Under the pieces are notes generated by a model. It was not told the origin of the DNA and did not search any database. It worked only from the letters and a program-made list of their open reading frames with translations. Shown here one piece after another: positions 58,906-64,000 of a DNA stretch of 64,000 nucleotides; within the stretch, counting starts at the first letter, position 1; each line of letters begins with the position of its first letter. This DNA comes from an uncultured Candidatus Actinomarina sp. Its GTDB lineage: Bacteria; Actinomycetota; Acidimicrobiia; Actinomarinales; Actinomarinaceae. Made by a program: the position numbers and the translations under genes. The DNA is taken from positions 19,827 to 83,826 of the forward strand of contig CACJPC010000003.1 of assembly GCA_902595195.1 (NCBI GenBank). The letters are read 5' to 3'.

Positions 58906-59546
58906 ACATCGAACCTAGGTGTAATCCACGTTGATTTGTATGGAAAAATGATATCTTTATTAAAATTTTCAGATGATATAGCAGTGAAGTTAACTATTGG
59001 TTTGTCTGTATTTTCATTATTTTTAATTGGTGAAATTACTCCATCATCTAAGAGTTCTTTCTTATATGAATATAATTCATAAATATTCTTAATCTTTTTG
59101 GAAAAATATTTAATATTATTGATTTCGATAAAAAAACTCCCTAAATTTGTTTTGGAAAAATCTTTATCATCCATTATTTTCTTTATGAAAATATCCTGAT
59201 CAGATCTTAACTCAGAATTATAAGATTCAATATTTACACTGTGAATATCAATAAACACAACCTCAAACAATTCATCAATCAAATTATCTTTTATATATTT
59301 AACCCTATGGTGACCGTCCAAAATAAATATTTCATCTTTGAAGGAAACTACATCTTCATGTAATTCAAAAGTTACACCAAAAACAATTACGGAGTTTTTA
59401 ATTATTTCATTTGTAATATGATTTTCATTAATAGTTTCTTCATGCGGAAAAATTATATCTTTATTTTGTAAAATATTAAACTTGGTCATGTACGCATTCA
59501 ACTCTGGATTGCTTAATGTTAATTTTGAATAATTTTTTATCTTCAT
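58902..59546 (-). CDS. half-size DUF1015-like protein (function unknown)
   Basis: ILDGHHR motif and C-terminal FPYKSTWITPRFD, resembling the (A)DGHHR and P-x-KST-x-F-x-PK landmarks I recall for DUF1015. Only 214 aa versus ~400 typical. Confidence 0.45.
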   Translation of the reverse strand: MKIKNYSKLTLSNPELNAYMTKFNILQNKDIIFPHEETINENHITNEIIKNSVIVFGVTFELHEDVVSFKDEIFILDGHHRVKYIKDNLIDELFEVVFIDIHSVNIESYNSELRSDQDIFIKKIMDDKDFSKTNLGSFFIEINNIKYFSKKIKNIYELYSYKKELLDDGVISPIKNNENTDKPIVNFTAISSENFNKDIIFPYKSTWITPRFDV

Positions 59547-59555
59547 TTAATAAAC

Positions 59556-60620
59556 TCAGTAACTTGAAAGAAATTTTTGAATAAACTCTAAAAGATTAGA
59601 TACCATTTCTTGGGAAATGCTATTGTAGTTACTTATTCTCACACCCCCAATACTTCTATGTCCATTCAGACCTAGAAAACCATTTTCACTACTTTGTTTT
59701 AGAAATTGTTCCGTTTTGCTTTTGTCTTTAAAATCAAAAACTATATTTGAAGTACTTCTTAAATCCTTTGGAGCTAGTGGAATTAGCTTCTCTAGATTTT
59801 CATCTATTAAACGATAAATTTTATTTGCTTTTGAAATATTGTTTTCTTCGATTTGTTCTATTCCTCCATTGATATTGATCCAGTTCAAAATATTTAACAT
59901 TACATAAATTGAAAATGTTGGAGGAGTATTAAATGCAGAATTTTTATTTATGTGGTTTTTTGCATTAAGATAACTTGTGAGATTATTTTCTTCAATAAAA
60001 TCATTTTCAAGAATACAGATTGTTACTCCAGGAATGCCCAAATTTTTCTGGGCACCGGCATATATAAAAGATATATTATCCCAATCGAATTTATAAGAAC
60101 ATATATCTGATGACATATCTATTATTAATTTTTTATTAAAATTATTAAAATTTTTAAGCTGGATACCCTCAATTGTTTCATTTGAAGCTAAATATAAGTA
60201 TTCAGATTTATGAATATTAACTTCTTCAATTAAGTCTTCTAGTTTTTGATCTGATAAAGATATTTTAGAAATTTTTTTATCAGAATACTTTTGAAAATCT
60301 TCATAAGTTTTTTTTCCCCATGTACCAGTTAATAAAAAAATTATATTGTCAAATAAACTAGGTTTGTTAGCAGCAATAAAAGTATTTTGAAATGTCGCTC
60401 CACCTTGCAAAAATATTACGTCAAAGTTTTTTGGTATATTTAAAATATTTACCAAATTTTTTTTTGTATCTTGTAAAATTTCATCAAATTCTTGACTTCT
60501 ATGAGATAACTCTAAAACCGAGTACCCAAGATCTTTATAGCCAATAATATCTTTTCCTAATTGATCCAGCACTGTTTGAGGTATTTTTGAGGGTCCAGCA
60601 GAAAAATTATTTATCTTCAT
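59556..60620 (-). CDS. serC: phosphoserine aminotransferase
   Basis: NFSAGPSKIPQTVL, ELSHRSQEF, FLQGGAT and GAQKNLGIPGVT (PLP-lysine motif). Confidence 0.9.
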   Translation of the reverse strand: MKINNFSAGPSKIPQTVLDQLGKDIIGYKDLGYSVLELSHRSQEFDEILQDTKKNLVNILNIPKNFDVIFLQGGATFQNTFIAANKPSLFDNIIFLLTGTWGKKTYEDFQKYSDKKISKISLSDQKLEDLIEEVNIHKSEYLYLASNETIEGIQLKNFNNFNKKLIIDMSSDICSYKFDWDNISFIYAGAQKNLGIPGVTICILENDFIEENNLTSYLNAKNHINKNSAFNTPPTFSIYVMLNILNWININGGIEQIEENNISKANKIYRLIDENLEKLIPLAPKDLRSTSNIVFDFKDKSKTEQFLKQSSENGFLGLNGHRSIGGVRISNYNSISQEMVSNLLEFIQKFLSSY

Positions 60621-61944
60621 TTTGGTCCATTGTAAACATAAGGCTTAAGTATAAGCCATAAATAGGAAGCAAATCTTCAATTGAGGCAATAGCAACTGAA
60701 AACAAAATAAACGTAATTTTTATACCATTTTGTAAATTATTTTGTAAAGAAAATAAAATTATACAAAATAATATTATTAAATATATCATCCCAATTGAAA
60801 ATAAGTTAAACATAAAATTATTTTGTAAGTTAATATTTTCATAAGTTAGAAAATATCTTCCTGTGCCAAATGATCCTGACAAATATCTTACATTTAAATA
60901 TTCAGGCAAAGTTCTGTTAGTTAAATACATTTCATTATTGACTTCTTTAGCTAAATAACTCGTATAGATTTGATTCGTTGATTGAAAGCCATATCCAGTG
61001 TTTTTGCTTAGGAAATCTGTAAAAAATTCAACGCTATCTAATCTTTCTCTGTTTTGAAATTCAAAATCTTTTGGACTAGTTAGCTGATTCTCTAAGCCTT
61101 CATCATAGGAGTCGTTAGTTGTTTCGATATCATTATTTTGTGGGCATTCATAGTTCTGTGGGCTTATATCGCATTCATTTATAGGTATAAAAAAACCAAG
61201 AAAAAATACAATTGCAAAAATTAATACTTTTAAATTAAGTTTTTTCGTTAAAATAATTTCAACAAATAAAAATGCTAACAAAAGAATTAATGATAACTCA
61301 CTTTTAGTTAAGCCAAATAAAACAGCCGATAGAAAATAAAAAAATGTTGTATTAATAGATTTGTAATGAATTACTAAAAAAGAGGGGAATAATATTGATA
61401 CTAAAAATACTGGTTCTCTAAATGTACCCATCATCCTGTGGCTGTCTGTTATCCAGAAATTAGTTTGAATATCAAAACCCAATATTCCAGTACCTGGTCT
61501 GTTTCTATATGGCTCATAAAAGTTAAACAGTTGGGCAAAATAGGTATAAATTGATAATGCAATTACTAAATAAAAGACATTAGTTAAGTTTTTAAAAATA
61601 ATATTTTTAAACTGGGATTTTGAAATTACAAAAAAGGTAATTATAAATCCAAGGTAACTAGCAACTCTTGTAATAGTATAAATTATTTCACTAGATATAA
61701 AATCAAAAGTAAATAAGTTAAAAATTGTGGGCAACATCGTAGTAAAAATTACAAGTAATAACAATAAGTTGGTTCGCATTCTTTCCTTAATAAAAATAAA
61801 AATACATATTCCAACTATTAAAAAATTACCTAGCCAAGTTAATGGAAATTCCATAAATTCATAAGAATCAAGAAACACCAAAGTCAATGACAAAAAAAAT
61901 AAAATTTCTATTATCTTTTCATATCTAATTAAATTTTTAATCAT
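60607..61944 (-). CDS. O-antigen ligase/polymerase-like polytopic membrane protein
   Basis: 445 aa with ~10 TM segments and a ~110-aa external loop containing Cys pairs (NECDISPQNYECPQ). It lies next to a flippase-like gene. Confidence 0.5.
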   Translation of the reverse strand: MIKNLIRYEKIIEILFFLSLTLVFLDSYEFMEFPLTWLGNFLIVGICIFIFIKERMRTNLLLLLVIFTTMLPTIFNLFTFDFISSEIIYTITRVASYLGFIITFFVISKSQFKNIIFKNLTNVFYLVIALSIYTYFAQLFNFYEPYRNRPGTGILGFDIQTNFWITDSHRMMGTFREPVFLVSILFPSFLVIHYKSINTTFFYFLSAVLFGLTKSELSLILLLAFLFVEIILTKKLNLKVLIFAIVFFLGFFIPINECDISPQNYECPQNNDIETTNDSYDEGLENQLTSPKDFEFQNRERLDSVEFFTDFLSKNTGYGFQSTNQIYTSYLAKEVNNEMYLTNRTLPEYLNVRYLSGSFGTGRYFLTYENINLQNNFMFNLFSIGMIYLIILFCIILFSLQNNLQNGIKITFILFSVAIASIEDLLPIYGLYLSLMFTMDQNEDK

Positions 61945-61978
61945 TACTTTTAACTCTAACTATGGAACATATATATTT

Positions 61979-63184
61979 TTAAATATTATTTTCTATATTT
62001 TTATTTTTGAAATAAACAGATAATTCATAAATTTTTTGAACTAAAATACTAAAACTGATTGCTATTGCGATGCCATTAAATCCATAATTTGAAATCAGTA
62101 AAGGTGAAGTGGTAATAAAAATCCCAAGATTTATAATTCTTCCTTTTGTATGTTTCAGAATTAAATTATTAAGAAGTAAGAAGTGTCTTGTCCAAAATGT
62201 TAAATAGTAAGATATATATCCAATCAGCAAAATTAGCATAGGAGTATAAGAGTTTACAAATCCATTTCCTGCAATAATCTCAATAAGTTTTTTTCCAAAA
62301 AAATAGTAGCTAGAAACGATAACCACAGATGTTGGTATCAAAATATTTGTAGTTAGATTTTTAAAATTGTATTTTTTTTCATTATTAATTTTATTTAAAA
62401 TCCATGGGGAAAATGCAACAATTATTGAGTTAATTGGATCAACTAGTTTTTTTGCAATTCGGTATATTCCTGCAGAATAATAGTTTGCAAAATAGCCAAT
62501 TATAACTACATCTAAGTGGATAGGAATCAATCCAACAGCTTGATCTGTTCTGATTTTGTAAAAATTATTTTTACATAATTTTACATATTCTATAAATGAA
62601 ATTTGTTCTCCTTTGGGGATGTTATTTTTTCTAAGAACTAAGAACACAATTAAACTAACAATTAACTGATGAATTCCAAGTGCATAAAAAAAGCTTTCAA
62701 TTGTTGGCTGATTCAAAACAAATGACACTACAAGAATAAACCTAAGTATGTTTGATGAAGATTCTAGTAAAGAATACATTTTCATATTACCCAAATGTGT
62801 ATAAACTCCCTTAAACACTTCAAGAAAATTTAAAAAAATTCTAGATAGAAAATATAACCAAAGATAAGTTGGTATAAATTGATAATACAAATAGAAAATA
62901 CTTAAAACAAAAAATAAAGAAAAGCTGCCAAGTAAAACCTCAAATTTCAAGGCACTATTGAGAAAGTTTTTATTTGTTTCATTAAAATTTATTAAAACTA
63001 AATCTGAATTCCTTGAACTTAACAATCTGAAACTAATACCAATAAACCCTAAATATACTCCAATATTTCCATAAATTTCTGGGCCTAAATTAGTAGCGAC
63101 AACTCTAACTTGAATTATTGCAAGAATAGCAATTATGCCTTGTGAAAGAAGTAATTCTTTAGTCTCGTTAAGAAATTTTTTCAT
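61979..63184 (-). CDS. polysaccharide flippase (MOP/PST family)-like membrane protein
   Basis: ~401 aa with ~12 TM segments. Start set to the ATG at 63184 (MKKFLNET) because the listed first 17 codons are the antisense of tRNA-Ala. Confidence 0.55.
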   Translation of the reverse strand: MKKFLNETKELLLSQGIIAILAIIQVRVVATNLGPEIYGNIGVYLGFIGISFRLLSSRNSDLVLINFNETNKNFLNSALKFEVLLGSFSLFFVLSIFYLYYQFIPTYLWLYFLSRIFLNFLEVFKGVYTHLGNMKMYSLLESSSNILRFILVVSFVLNQPTIESFFYALGIHQLIVSLIVFLVLRKNNIPKGEQISFIEYVKLCKNNFYKIRTDQAVGLIPIHLDVVIIGYFANYYSAGIYRIAKKLVDPINSIIVAFSPWILNKINNEKKYNFKNLTTNILIPTSVVIVSSYYFFGKKLIEIIAGNGFVNSYTPMLILLIGYISYYLTFWTRHFLLLNNLILKHTKGRIINLGIFITTSPLLISNYGFNGIAIAISFSILVQKIYELSVYFKNKNIENNI

Positions 63185-63193
63185 AATTAAAAG

Positions 63194-63266
63194 TGGAGCT
63201 GAGGGGATTTGAACCCCTGACCCCTTGCATGCCATGCAAGTGCTCTGCCAACTGAGCTACAGCCCC
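63194..63266 (-). tRNA. tRNA-Ala (GGC)
   Basis: Hand-folded: GGGGCTG/CAGCTCC acceptor with the G3:U70 Ala identity pair, GCTC-AGTTGGCA-GAGC D arm, CTTGC-ATGGCAT-GCAAG anticodon arm, AGGGG-TTCAAAT-CCCCT T arm, discriminator A. Confidence 0.9.
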
Positions 63267-63277
63267 ATAATTTAAGA

Positions 63278-63634
63278 TTATCCATTTTGGTAAATTAATT
63301 CACAATCAAAATATATATCTTCAAGTTCATAAAATTTTCTTGAATCATTAGTAAAAATGTGAATTAAAACTTCTTTTGCTTCAATTAATAACCATGAAGA
63401 ATCTTTACCCTCAACACTTAAGGATGACTTATCTTTTAAGATATCAGTTATTTTTTTTACTACACCATTCATTTGAGTATTTGAATTTGCAGTTGAGATA
63501 ATAATATTTTTATAAGCCAAAGAATTATTTCCTTTATAAATAATGATATCTTTAAGCTTTTGTGAATAAATGACATCTAACAAAGTGTCTAAGAAATATG
63601 ACTCTTGAATATTTTGTTTTTTTAAATTTGACAC
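63278..63634 (-). CDS. rsfS: ribosome silencing factor RsfS (iojap family)
   Basis: 118 aa. SSWLLIEAKEVLIHIFTNDSRKFYELEDIY matches the RsfS core pattern (W.l.D.g.vvvH.F....R..Y.LE.lw). Confidence 0.85.
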   Translation of the reverse strand: MSNLKKQNIQESYFLDTLLDVIYSQKLKDIIIYKGNNSLAYKNIIISTANSNTQMNGVVKKITDILKDKSSLSVEGKDSSWLLIEAKEVLIHIFTNDSRKFYELEDIYFDCELIYQNG

Positions 63635-63680
63635 TTATAAATATCTTACCATGTAAAAAATAAACACACTATTCTTAGGT

Positions 63681-64000
63681 GTGAGGAGAAATTTGAGCAG
63701 AATAAAAAACTTTTTTAGCTTATTAGAGACAGTTTTTAACAGTAAAAGATTAAGAACGATACTAGGAGCATTAATATTTTTTGTTGGTGTCTTTGGATAT
63801 CTGTTTTATATATCCGAACCTAATATTTATAGTTATGGTGATGGTATTTGGCTGGCTTTAGTTACTATCACAACAGTGGGTTATGGTGACATTGAACTTA
63901 CGACAACTCTTGGAAGATTTGTAGCAAGTGCTTTAATGTTTTTAGGATTGGGATTAATTGCTACTGTAACAGCTATTATCTCTGCAAAATTCACGAGAAA
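63681..64000 (+). CDS. potassium channel (2TM/pore-loop type), N-terminal part; 3' end lies outside the window
   Basis: Manual translation from the GTG at 63681 gives a TM helix, a pore helix and the selectivity filter TTVGYGD, then a second TM helix. Not in the ORF track because no stop is reached. Confidence 0.75.
   Translation, partial: MRRNLSRIKNFFSLLETVFNSKRLRTILGALIFFVGVFGYLFYISEPNIYSYGDGIWLALVTITTVGYGDIELTTTLGRFVASALMFLGLGLIATVTAIISAKFTR

Noticed and set aside
1834-59082. About 35 short ORFs (60-128 aa) lying antisense inside longer genes. Examples are 4769..5089, 14526..14870, 18643..18945, 26987..27301, 28965..29264, 34811..35131, 41028..41414, 46402..46704, 50740..51051, 51259..51564 and 53176..53484.
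   Set aside because: Each is fully embedded opposite a well-supported gene with recognisable motifs. Their compositions are low-complexity (S/F/L/I/K rich) and they have no motifs and no independent start context. They are typical shadow ORFs.
63185-63235. N-terminal 17 codons (MACKGSGVQIPSAPLLI) of the listed 418-aa ORF
   Set aside because: These codons are the antisense reading of tRNA-Ala (63194..63266). The internal ATG at 63184 (MKKFLNET) is the plausible start.
1-64000. CRISPR arrays, rRNA operons, toxin-antitoxin or recognisable defence-system genes
   Set aside because: No regularly spaced repeats, no rRNA-like conserved segments and no nuclease/ATPase/methylase combinations typical of defence systems were found. 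All sizeable ORFs are accounted for by envelope-glycan or housekeeping functions.

Overview
The window is very AT-rich and tightly packed. Intergenic spacers are 0-100 nt and many stop/start codons overlap. It probably comes from a streamlined, low-GC marine actinobacterium. Supporting this are an RNase H / zinc-ribbon / Nif3 trio arranged like M. tuberculosis Rv2228c-Rv2230c, an MMPL transporter, an LCP ligase, a Ppm1-type polyprenol-phosphate mannose synthase, an LLM (F420-type) oxidoreductase tail, and a dnaG-tRNA-Asn junction. This taxonomic call is inference only.

Both ends carry core genes:
- Left end: MMPL, ppc.
- Right end: dnaG, glyQS, uppS, ybeY, an HD-7TM protein, phoH, HIT, rsmE, lepA, rpsT, a short holA-like ORF, leuS, serC, rsfS, and the start of a K+ channel.

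Between ppc and a tRNA-Met/tRNA-Asn pair (about 9.7-44.0 kb) lies a ~34-kb cell-envelope glycan island. It appears lower in GC than the flanks and encodes about 31 genes:
- nucleotide-sugar enzymes (UDP-GlcNAc 2-epimerases, a UDP-HexNAc dehydrogenase, Ugd, UXS-type decarboxylases, a UDP-GlcA 4-epimerase-like SDR, a split CapF-like module)
- about 10 glycosyltransferases
- two different initiating phosphoglycosyl transferases
- a flippase
- three Wzy/O-antigen-ligase-like proteins
- an AsnB-type amidotransferase and a heparinase II/III-like protein
- an MBL+Rieske (NamH/CMAH-like) oxygenase
- an LCP ligase

A second small glycan module (flippase, Wzy-like, GT) sits between tRNA-Ala and leuS.

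Main second-look items:
1. A UXS gene has no ATG/GTG/TTG/CTG in its first 144 codons and lies in frame directly behind the ugd TAA stop. The ORF track truncates it to 167 aa.
2. The MBL-Rieske hydroxylase.
3. A 796-aa Wzy-like protein has a ~450-aa Cys-rich, LamG-like extracytoplasmic insert.
4. A half-size DUF1015-like gene is coupled to serC.
5. All 8 convergent gene junctions overlap at their 3' ends.

I found no CRISPR array, integrase, transposase or rRNA.
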